From the IMG/VR virus record IMGVR_UViG_3300024348_000005, positions 1-64,000 of that record: 64,000 nt of DNA; one strand, written 5' to 3'. Position 1 is the stretch's first letter. Every line of letters begins with the position of its first letter. Source of the stretch: a virus. The notes beneath the pieces were generated by a model. The model was given only the letters and a program-made list of their open reading frames with translations. It did not search any database and was not told the origin of the DNA. The translations under genes and the position numbers were made by a program. Shown here piece after piece: positions 9,046 through 18,600 of this stretch.

Positions 9046-11919
9046 ATGGCAAATTCAAACAGAGTATTCGTTTCTCCAGGTGTCTACACATCTGAGAAGG
9101 ATCTAACATTCGTAGCACAAAGCGTCGGAGTAACAACATTGGGTTTAGTGGGTGAGACATTAAAAGGTCCAGCATTCGAACCAATTTTGATTACAGATTT
9201 CGACGAATTTAAAACATATTTTGGTGGTACTTCTCCTGAAAAGGATGGTAATTTAAACCCAAAATATGAACTTCCTTATGTTGCTAAATCTTACTTACAA
9301 GAGTCTAACCAATTATTCGTAACAAGAGTATTAGGTAAGACAGGATATAAACCAGAAAAAACTTTCGGAATTAAAACAATCGGAGGTATTACATTAGGGT
9401 CGTACAGTGGAGTGACAACAGGGTTATCTATGTCGGGTAACACCTTAGCAAATTTAACAGGTAGTACACTTTATTCTGAATTATCGGGTAAAACATCAAT
9501 AGACGGAGATTCAATCACTGACTATATTTTCAAAACATTCAGTGGATTTACAAGTGCAAACCATAACAATTGGTTTATCATGGGTGCTTTACCAACTGGA
9601 CAATCTGAACCAACAGGAACTGAATTGGTTTCACCTTTAACGGGTAAACAATACGCTGACAATGTTAATGGTAAAGAATGGTATAATTCATTAGTGTCAA
9701 GTAATAATAATGAAGTTTATTCATATAAATTTATTTACAATAGTGGAACAACTAAATTTGATGTAACAAAATATACATTTAATTCGAGTTTAAACGCTAA
9801 TTATAATGATGTAGTAGTTGCCGCGTTAAGACCAAGAGGTTATTATAGTGGTAATACTTTATTACATGAAGTAACAACAAATGGTTATTTTTCAGTAACA
9901 GAAGATGTTGATAATATTGAAATAAATCCAATGGGTGAGTTTGTAATTAATGTTACAGGTTCTACAGGAGGAGCTAAATCATACACATGTTCTTTAAATA
10001 CGACATCAACAAAATACATTACTAAAGTATTAGGTATTGATGTTTTTGATAAAAACAGAGGTGATTTCCCACTTTATGTACATGAGGTTTATCCTAAATT
10101 TTTAAAAGAATCTTTCGCAAGAGGATTGGTTAGAGGATTAAGTTTAACTGAAGTTTATGAAAGTGATGGTGATAATTTTATAAAATCTTGGGATACTACA
10201 TTATCACCAACGGTAGTTTCTGAAGTACGTGGTGGTAGAGTTTCTGATTTATTTGATGTTATTACAATATCAGATGGAGAAGCGGCAAACTTTCAAGTAA
10301 AATTAATGATTCAAAACATTAATATTGAGACGGGAGAATTTGATATCTTGGTTCGTGATTTTAACGATACTGACGAAAATCAAGTTATACTTGAGAAATA
10401 TTCAAGATGTTCTATGAATCCTGATTTACCGGGTTATGTTGCAAGAAAGGTAGGTACATCAGATGGTGAATATGAGTTACGTTCAAAGTATATCATGTTA
10501 TCTATGTATAGTAGTCACCCTACAGATGCATTTCCTGCAGGTTTTAAGGGTTTTAAAACAAATTCAAATTTCGGAGCGGGAGCTCAATTAGGTGATTTAT
10601 TATACAAAACAGATTACTACGATGCTGGTGATGTTATTACATACGATGCTGATGGTTCTGAAAATGTAGAAGCTGGAGATAAAATAAGAAAAGTTTCTTT
10701 AGGTCTTTCTTCTAAGATTGGTTTCGATAGAGATTTACTTAAAAATAAAGGATTAGGTGGTGACGGTGTAACACATGGTTTTCACTTATCAACAAACGCA
10801 TCTACAATAACAGGAGCAACCAATTCAGGTTTTGAATTTAAAACAACCCCTTATGATTTAGAGGGTCAATCAGGTACCGGTAATAAACTTACCACATTAG
10901 CAAACCGTAAATTCACGTTTGCAGTTTGTGGTGGATTTGATGGTTGGGATATCTACAGAAACGTAAGAACTTACGGTGATGGTTACATCTTTGGTAAATC
11001 AACATACACAAGTAACAACACAGATAATAGTGGTGTATTTAATGCAGATGTTGCCAACTCTGATTATTACGCTTACTTAGAAGGTATTGAAACATTTGCT
11101 AACCCTGAAGCTGTTGATATTAACGTATTCGCAACTCCGGGTATCGACTTTTTGAACCACAGTTCATTAGTTAATCAAGCAATCGATATGGTAGAAAACG
11201 AAAGAGCGGATTCATTATATATTATGAACGCTCCGGGACCTGAATTTATCACAACGGCGGACGATATTTCTGCAGAGGTTGATAACTTAGGTTTAGATTC
11301 TAACTATTCAGCAACATATTGGCCTTGGATTCAAGTAAGAGACACAGATAATGCAACACAACTTTACATCCCACCAACTGCGGAGGTTGTAAGAAACATT
11401 GCATTGACAGATAATGTATCATATCCTTGGTTCGCAGTAGCGGGTTATTCAAGAGGTATTGTTAACTCAATCAAAGCGTATAAGAAATTAACACTTGATG
11501 AAAGAGATAATTTATACAAAAACAGAATAAACCCAATCGCAACATTCTCTGATACGGGTACTATTATATGGGGTAACAAAACCTTACAAGTTAAAGAATC
11601 TGCACTTGATAGAATAAATGTAAGAAGATTGTTACTAAGAGCTAGAAAATTAATTTCTGCGGTAGCAATTAGATTATTATTTGAACAAAATGACGAACAG
11701 GTTAGAAATGAGTTCTTGAGATTGGTAAACCCAATTTTGGAATCAATTAAGAAGGAAAGAGGTCTTTACGAGTTCCGTGTATCAGTGTCCAATGACCCTG
11801 AAGATATAGATGCTAACACATTAAGAGGTAAGATTTATATCAAACCAACTCGTTCTCTTGAATTTATTGATGTGGAGTTCGTAATTACACCGACAGGTGC
11901 TTCATTTGAGAATATCTAA
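9046..11919 (+). CDS. Contractile tail sheath protein (gp18-like)
   Basis: FVSPGVYTSEKD, GETLKGPAFEP, YSATYWPW, PWFAVAGYSRG, RINPI, IWGNKTLQ, LDRINVRRLL, FEQND, IKPTRSLEFI. Confidence 0.97.
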   Translation: MANSNRVFVSPGVYTSEKDLTFVAQSVGVTTLGLVGETLKGPAFEPILITDFDEFKTYFGGTSPEKDGNLNPKYELPYVAKSYLQESNQLFVTRVLGKTGYKPEKTFGIKTIGGITLGSYSGVTTGLSMSGNTLANLTGSTLYSELSGKTSIDGDSITDYIFKTFSGFTSANHNNWFIMGALPTGQSEPTGTELVSPLTGKQYADNVNGKEWYNSLVSSNNNEVYSYKFIYNSGTTKFDVTKYTFNSSLNANYNDVVVAALRPRGYYSGNTLLHEVTTNGYFSVTEDVDNIEINPMGEFVINVTGSTGGAKSYTCSLNTTSTKYITKVLGIDVFDKNRGDFPLYVHEVYPKFLKESFARGLVRGLSLTEVYESDGDNFIKSWDTTLSPTVVSEVRGGRVSDLFDVITISDGEAANFQVKLMIQNINIETGEFDILVRDFNDTDENQVILEKYSRCSMNPDLPGYVARKVGTSDGEYELRSKYIMLSMYSSHPTDAFPAGFKGFKTNSNFGAGAQLGDLLYKTDYYDAGDVITYDADGSENVEAGDKIRKVSLGLSSKIGFDRDLLKNKGLGGDGVTHGFHLSTNASTITGATNSGFEFKTTPYDLEGQSGTGNKLTTLANRKFTFAVCGGFDGWDIYRNVRTYGDGYIFGKSTYTSNNTDNSGVFNADVANSDYYAYLEGIETFANPEAVDINVFATPGIDFLNHSSLVNQAIDMVENERADSLYIMNAPGPEFITTADDISAEVDNLGLDSNYSATYWPWIQVRDTDNATQLYIPPTAEVVRNIALTDNVSYPWFAVAGYSRGIVNSIKAYKKLTLDERDNLYKNRINPIATFSDTGTIIWGNKTLQVKESALDRINVRRLLLRARKLISAVAIRLLFEQNDEQVRNEFLRLVNPILESIKKERGLYEFRVSVSNDPEDIDANTLRGKIYIKPTRSLEFIDVEFVITPTGASFENI

Positions 11920-11943
11920 TCTTAAAGGAGATATATAAAAAGA

Positions 11944-11975
11944 AAAGGGTTCCCAACGGGACCCTTTCTTATTTT
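11944..11975 (+). terminator. Intrinsic terminator after sheath
   Basis: AAAGGGTTCC-CAAC-GGGACCCTTT followed by CTTATTTT. Confidence 0.75.
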
Positions 11976-12244
11976 CAATATGTTCCACGTAGAAACATAT
12001 TTTATAATTTTTATACAATTATACCCAATCCAGTATACTAGAACTAGTTAAACTAGTATTTATATTTAATGATAGATAATTAGAGAAATTTTATACTGGA
12101 ACTGGTAATACTGGGACTTGTAAAAAACTACGAAAAATTATTGATAAAAACAACTATTTCTAATATATAATCCTAAAAAAAATTATTTCTAATTGTAGTA
12201 TATTTATTAGAAGGTAAAATAACTAAAAACTTAACAAATACAAA

Positions 12245-12733
12245 ATGGCAGATTTATTAATGAAAATGCCGGTTCCTTACGAACCGAAAAGAGTAAACCG
12301 ATTTATCGTTAGATTCCCATCATCTTTGGGTATTAATGAATGGTATGTAACATCGGCAGCTAGACCTTCAGCAAAAATAAACTCAGTTGCGATTCCTTTC
12401 TTGAACACCTCAACATATGTTGCTGGTAGATTTGAGTGGAATGAAATCAGAATGACATTTAAAGACCCAATTGGTCCTTCAGCTTCTCAAGCCTTAATGG
12501 AGTGGTTCCGTTTACATGCGGAATCAGTTACAGGTAGAATGGGTTATGCTGCTGGATATAAAAAAGATATTGAATTGGAAATGCTTGACCCAACGGGAGT
12601 TGTGGTTGAAAAATGGATTCTACAAGGAACATTTATAACCGATTTGAACTTCAACGAATTAGACTACTCAAGAGATGATTTAGCTTCTATCACATGTTCT
12701 TTAAGAATGGATAGATGTATTCAAGTTTACTAA
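12245..12733 (+). CDS. Tail tube protein (gp19-like)
   Basis: YEPKRVNRF, AGRFEWNEI.MTF.DP, GYKKDIELEMLDPTG.VVEKW.LQG.FI, LDYS; directly follows the sheath. Confidence 0.92.
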   Translation: MADLLMKMPVPYEPKRVNRFIVRFPSSLGINEWYVTSAARPSAKINSVAIPFLNTSTYVAGRFEWNEIRMTFKDPIGPSASQALMEWFRLHAESVTGRMGYAAGYKKDIELEMLDPTGVVVEKWILQGTFITDLNFNELDYSRDDLASITCSLRMDRCIQVY

Positions 12734-12759
12734 TATTATAAAAATAATCTGCAGGTACT

Positions 12760-12794
12760 GGAGTGTTGTTTCGACGACACTCCTTTATTTTTTT
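12760..12794 (+). terminator. Intrinsic terminator after tube
   Basis: GGAGTGTTGT-TTCG-ACGACACTCC followed by TTTATTTTTTT. Confidence 0.85.
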
Positions 12795-12836
12795 AAAAAT
12801 ACTTTACTTTGGTATAGTTATTAGTTAAATTATACT

Positions 12837-13586
12837 ATGGAAGAATTTAGAATAGACCCAACAATCGCATACGACGTGGTTGAATTACCTAGTAAAGGAA
12901 TTCATTACCAAAATAAAAAGAAATCATTACGAGTTGCATATCTTACCGCGGCGGATGAGAATATCCTATCGTCACCAAATTTAGTGGCAACCAATACGGT
13001 TGTTGATGAACTACTCAAAAGAAAAATTTTAGATAAGGATATTAATATTGATGATATTGTTGATGAGGATAGACAGGCAATTCTTATTTTCTTAAGAAAT
13101 ACTGCATTTGGGTCAGAATACAAAATTACAACAAGTGACCCAAAAACGGGAGAATCCTTTACGTTTGAAATTGATTTATCAACATTAAAAATTAAAGATT
13201 TTAATTTACCTGAAGATACAAACGGAGAATATTCTTATTTTATGGAAAAATCGAAGGTAGGAGTTACTTTTAAATTTATATCACAAAAACAAGAAAACGA
13301 TTTAGAACAAATTAAGGTTAGTTGGAACGGTAATGGTGTTGCACCTGTCGTAACAAAAAGACTTGAAATGATGATTAAATCAGTACAAGGTAATAAAGAC
13401 CAAATGAATATTAGAAATTTTATTGAGAATCTACCAATTAAAGATTCACAAGATTTTCAAAAATTTGTAAGAGATAACAAACCCGGATTAGATTTAGTCC
13501 AAACAACAACCACCCCGTCAGGAGACACAATCCAAGTTAATATCGGATTCGGGGTTGAGTTTTTTCGCCCTTTCTATGGAATATAG
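12837..13586 (+). CDS. Tail/baseplate assembly chaperone (T4 gp26-like)
   Basis: VVELPSKG, YLTAADENIL, DRQAILIFLR..AFG.EY, C-terminal EFFRP; lies between tube and tape measure. Confidence 0.75.
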   Translation: MEEFRIDPTIAYDVVELPSKGIHYQNKKKSLRVAYLTAADENILSSPNLVATNTVVDELLKRKILDKDINIDDIVDEDRQAILIFLRNTAFGSEYKITTSDPKTGESFTFEIDLSTLKIKDFNLPEDTNGEYSYFMEKSKVGVTFKFISQKQENDLEQIKVSWNGNGVAPVVTKRLEMMIKSVQGNKDQMNIRNFIENLPIKDSQDFQKFVRDNKPGLDLVQTTTTPSGDTIQVNIGFGVEFFRPFYGI

Positions 13587-13716
13587 GAAAACTCAGCTTG
13601 ATGAGTTTTTATTTTTAATCAAAAAAGGTTTCAACTATAGTGAATTACTCACTATGCCAATTTATCTAAGAAGATACTATGTTAACTACATAATTGAAAT
13701 AGAAAACAAACAATAA
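13576..13716 (+). CDS. gp51-like small chaperone / frameshift extension (46 aa, not in ORF track)
   Basis: MEYRKTQLDEFLFLIKKGFNYSELLTMPIYLRRYYVNYIIEIENKQ in the +1 frame, overlapping the previous stop. F.YSEL..MP...R..Y is typical of G-T-type chaperone second halves. Confidence 0.7.
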   Translation: MEYRKTQLDEFLFLIKKGFNYSELLTMPIYLRRYYVNYIIEIENKQ

Positions 13717-13729
13717 TCTATTTATAGTT

Positions 13730-15649
13730 ATGGGATCAATATTAGAGGCACTTAGAAGTAGTGACCCAATTGGGGAATTACAGAAGATTAAAAATACTTA
13801 CGGGAACCGAGAAGATCAATTCAGAACTGATGTTAGGTCCGCAGTAAATACTTTTGGTGGAAATCGTCAATCGTCAACAACATCTGCGTCACCCGGATCA
13901 GGTATAGGTGGTAGTATTGCTAGTGGGCTAGCAGGGGCAATAAGTGCTTTTTCTTCCCAACAAACATCTCAATTTAATGAAAACGAAATCGTAGGTATTA
14001 GTAACCTATTAGAAATTATCAAAAAAGACGGTTTTAGTATAAAATCTATTTTTGAAACACTAAAATTAGGTGCGGTAGAAGTTGGAAATCAATTAAAAAG
14101 AGAGTCACAACTTAGAACCGATATTAATGAAAGTATTGGTATTGCCGGTAGGTTATCAAAAAGTTTAACAGACGATATTAATGATTCAGTTGCTGCGGGA
14201 ATTAGATTTGGTTATGGTATAGATCAAGTGAGAGACATGATTAAAGGTGTCATGGAGGAATCGGGTCGTTTTAATTTAATATCACAAAAAACTATTGAGA
14301 GTACATATGCAACCGCACGTGCATTTATTGGTGATTTGAAAGGTATGGGTCAAGCCATATCAGAATTTGAAAAAATTGGTATTGGTGCAAGTTCAGCAAC
14401 CAAAGCAATTGAAAGAGCGGGAAAGGGTTCTTTAGAATTAGGACTTTCAGGTAAAAAAACAACATCAGATTTAAGAGCAAATATTGAGAAACTAAATGAA
14501 TTTGGATTTAAAAATGGTATTCAAGGGTTAGCGGAAATGTCAAGAAAGGCAACCGAATTTAGAATTAATATGAGTGAAGCGTTTAAGATTGCAGAAAATG
14601 TTATGGACCCCGATAAAGCGATTGAATTAACGGCAAATTTACAAGTATTAGGTGGTGCAATTGGAGATTTTAACGACCCACTTAAGTTAATGTATATGGC
14701 AACAAACAATGTTGAAGGTTTACAAGATGCGTTAATTGAAGCTGCGGGTAGTTTAGCGGTTTATAATAGTGAACAAGGTAGGTTTGAAATAACAGGGATT
14801 AATTTAAGAAGAGCAAGAGAGATGGCAAAAACTCTTGGTATTGATTATAAAGAATTAACAAGAACGGCAATTGCATCACAAGAAAGACTTGCGGCAAGTA
14901 CCGCATTAATGGGTAAAGGTTTAAATTTAAAACCTGAAGATCAAGAATTCTTAACTAACCTATCAAGAATGGATGGTGGTAAAATTATTATTGACGTTCC
15001 AGAAAGTATACAGAAAAAATTAGGTATAGATACACAAGGTAAAGCGATAGAAGACTTATCAGAAGCTACCTTAAAATCTTTATTATTAAATAGAGAACAG
15101 TTTAAAGAAATGAGTGTTGAAGATATTGCAAGAGATCAATTAGATAATGTTGAAAACATTAGAAGGGACGTTGGAGCGTTAGTACAAATGCAGTTAAGAA
15201 ATGCCTCAAGATTAATTAGGGGAGGTATGGATGGTGAAAGTGGACTTGATAATATTACTAAAACGGCATTAGATAAACTTGAAAAATTTACTGCCGACAC
15301 ATTTAAAGAAAATCCCGATTTAATTAAATCAGGTATTGAAGGTGCACAAAAGTTAGTTAATGAATTTTTAAAGGACAATCCATTAATCGATGCAGCGGCA
15401 GAATATTTAGGAGACAAAGGAAAAGCTATAAAAACGGCCATTGATGAACAAATGAAAAAATATTTTGGTGGGGAATCTCCAACCACACAAACTCAAACAA
15501 CACAACCAACAACAACCACAAAAAATGTTAATTTAAACGTTGTCGTAGGAAATATCGGTGACCAACTAACAAATGAAATAATGAGAAGTCAAGGTGTTTG
15601 GAAAGATGTGCTAGGAAAATCTGATGCTAAAGACTATTTAACTCTTTAA
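13730..15649 (+). CDS. Tape measure protein
   Basis: 639 aa, helical and Ala/Gly/Leu-rich; AIELTANLQVLGG...DPLKLMY motif; follows the chaperone genes. Confidence 0.75.
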   Translation: MGSILEALRSSDPIGELQKIKNTYGNREDQFRTDVRSAVNTFGGNRQSSTTSASPGSGIGGSIASGLAGAISAFSSQQTSQFNENEIVGISNLLEIIKKDGFSIKSIFETLKLGAVEVGNQLKRESQLRTDINESIGIAGRLSKSLTDDINDSVAAGIRFGYGIDQVRDMIKGVMEESGRFNLISQKTIESTYATARAFIGDLKGMGQAISEFEKIGIGASSATKAIERAGKGSLELGLSGKKTTSDLRANIEKLNEFGFKNGIQGLAEMSRKATEFRINMSEAFKIAENVMDPDKAIELTANLQVLGGAIGDFNDPLKLMYMATNNVEGLQDALIEAAGSLAVYNSEQGRFEITGINLRRAREMAKTLGIDYKELTRTAIASQERLAASTALMGKGLNLKPEDQEFLTNLSRMDGGKIIIDVPESIQKKLGIDTQGKAIEDLSEATLKSLLLNREQFKEMSVEDIARDQLDNVENIRRDVGALVQMQLRNASRLIRGGMDGESGLDNITKTALDKLEKFTADTFKENPDLIKSGIEGAQKLVNEFLKDNPLIDAAAEYLGDKGKAIKTAIDEQMKKYFGGESPTTQTQTTQPTTTTKNVNLNVVVGNIGDQLTNEIMRSQGVWKDVLGKSDAKDYLTL

Positions 15650-15688
15650 TATTTCTCGTTCATACCTATTTATAGATAAAAGAAAATA

Positions 15689-18600
15689 ATGCCAAGTTAC
15701 TTAGATTTTGATTCCACAAAAAAGTTCAGAGATTTTATCTTAGGTAAGACCTTAAATCAACCTAATATACCTGACATATATCAAAATGTAACTATACAAC
15801 CCAATATTGATCCGGGTGATGTTGATGACAATAGAAGAGAAACATTAGTTAAGGTACAAAATAACAACATGTTTGGTCCACTTGATTATATTATCAGGGA
15901 AAACTTGGACATTTTACCCATATCAAGAAATTTAGGATTATATCCTTATTTTCCTACAAATTCTCCAAATTATAATCTAATTGGAATAATGGGTTCATCA
16001 TCATACGATACTGAATCTGAGTTATTTAAATTTGCAGCAAACACTATAAAAAACGATAGACAGGGACCTGTTTTATCGAGAATACAAAGAAATTTAGAAA
16101 CGGCAACCACAGGTAGAATTAGATTACTTGATGCATTAGATGGAAATACCGCCACATTATCAAATATACTAACAGGTAAAGAACCACTTGTTGAATCTAA
16201 CAACAAGATTACGGTAGCAAAAACATTACCCGGAAAGGCAATTGATTTTTTACAAACTTTAAGTGGTACACAGTTACCATTTAGTGAAATACCTGGTGAT
16301 TACTTAACAAACCCATTAAACCCAACACCCAATTTTAGACCAGAGGCAAAAACTGCGGTGGGTGGATTATTACGGGATATTACAGGAGCAATTGGTTCAT
16401 TAATTGGTATACAAAGAAGACCTAAACCATCAAGAAAACCTTCCGATTTATTCATTGAATATATGGGTGAAGGTCAAAAACAAAGATTATTTGATGGTTT
16501 AACATTTAATACATACGCACCAAATTACACAACAACCGCAAGATCACAAAACAGTAGTAAAATTTTTAATTTTGTTGATAGAGTTGCTCAAGGTGTAAGA
16601 AATTTATTAGGAACCGAAGCACCGGCAAGTAGGGCGTACATTGGTGATGATAGAGGTGATGATGTTAAAAGAGCGATGAGTGATTTTAACGACAGACCAG
16701 TTAAAAGTCCATATTATTTAAGTGTAATGTTTGACGATGTTGCGGCTAACCTATTTAATAACCCAACCAAAACAAGACCAATTTCACAAGGAGGTAATAT
16801 TGGTGGAAATTTAACATGGTATAGTTCAAATTCTCAAAATAAATTAGGATATAACAATAATGAGTATGCTTCTGAAAGTTCAAAATTAGAAGAAAGTCTA
16901 TCAACAAAATATAAATTTAGAGAAGACTCTATTTTAGGGTTAACACAAGAGATTTTAAATTCAATGCCAAAAGATGGTTCAAGATTTGACCATATTGGTA
17001 ATGTTATAGATCAAACAAGTCGGGCGTTTAAAGACGGTAATATACAAATTTCTAGAGGTTCAGCGGTTAAATACCTTGATGGTAAGGGGGAGGATGTTGG
17101 TGTTGAGTATTGTAGGGTATGGACGAAGGATAGGTCTTATATGAACTATGGTGACATAATGCCGTTACATGGTGAACCACTTGATAGAAAGTTCTATCAG
17201 AGGTCAACAAGACCATATAGAAGAACTAATATAAGAAAGTTTGACGCAAGTGTTATGTCTGACACGTGGAACCTTAATATAGCACCAATGTCAAATGGTA
17301 ATAAAGACTTTGCAGGTTCAACCAATATTGTTGATGGTTATCCATTTGGAAGAGATAAAGACGGAAAGGGTTTTTACGCTAAAAAATATATGTTTTCAAT
17401 TGAAAACTTGGCATGGAAAACATCTACATTACAAGGATTTACGGTATTGGATTTACCGTACTGTGAAAGAGGACCAAATGGTGGTAGAGTAATGTGGTTT
17501 CCACCATACGATTTAAAGGTTTCAGAACAGAACAACGCGAGATGGGAATCTAATACATTTTTAGGTAGACCTGAACCAATTTATACATATCAAAATACGG
17601 AAAGAAGTGGACAGGTTTCCTTTAAAGTAGTTGTGGATCACCCAAGTATATTGAATTTATTAACAAGAGACCATTTTAAAGGAATGTCTGACGATGCTGC
17701 GGATGATTATATTAATTCATTTTTTGCGGGTTGTAAAGATATTGATTTTTATAGTTTAATAAGAACATATACAACACTTGACGGTAGTGATGTTGATTTA
17801 ATAAAACAATATTTGGATGAAGGTGGACCAATTAATGAAATACCTCAATTCAAATTAGAAATTCCACCAACAGAAATACCAGCACCTGGTGGTGAAGATC
17901 CCGGTAAATCATCACAATCAAAACCAATTAAATTAGATATTAATTTAAAATTCCCTAACGATTTTCCTAAAGGTAATGATTATATTTCAGGACAATCATA
18001 TAAAACATTTTACGATTCATTAATAAGTTCAAAAGACACATTTAAATTTAATTTAGGTAAAGATATTGAAGCTGTATTTAACTCAGGTAATCCAACTGCA
18101 AATGGTAAAAAGGATTTAGAACAATTAGGGAATAAAAATTTAACGTCAGGAGATTTAGAAGGTTTTAAAACACAACAAAAATTAATTCTTGAGGAATCCT
18201 ACACCAAACTAACAACTGGATATACAGACTTCAATACTAAACTTGATACACTTAAAATTGATATATCAGGTAAAACTGTTGACGATGTAGTAATTACAAT
18301 TTTATCATCAACTTCTGCAATTGCCGATAATAACTATAACTTTAAGTTGTCGTTAAGAAGAACACACGCAATATTACAAGAAATAATTTCTAAGATATCA
18401 AATGATGTAACAATTGGGAAAGCCTCATTAGATAAGAAATGGAAACTTGATTCAAATAAAATATCGTCCGCAAAGGGAAAAGAAAAGGCATTAAAAGAGA
18501 TTGAATTTACATATAAAGAATTAGGTTACGAGAGAGATGGTAAACTCAAAATTAATACCACAAGTGTGGGTGAATTTATTCCAAACGAATCAGGTAAAGA

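Noticed and set aside
8885-9184. 99-aa minus-strand ORF and the other short antisense ORFs in the track (e.g. 62489-63784)
   Set aside because: They overlap well-supported genes on the opposite strand and have no motifs; the credible minus-strand gene here is 8761-8919.
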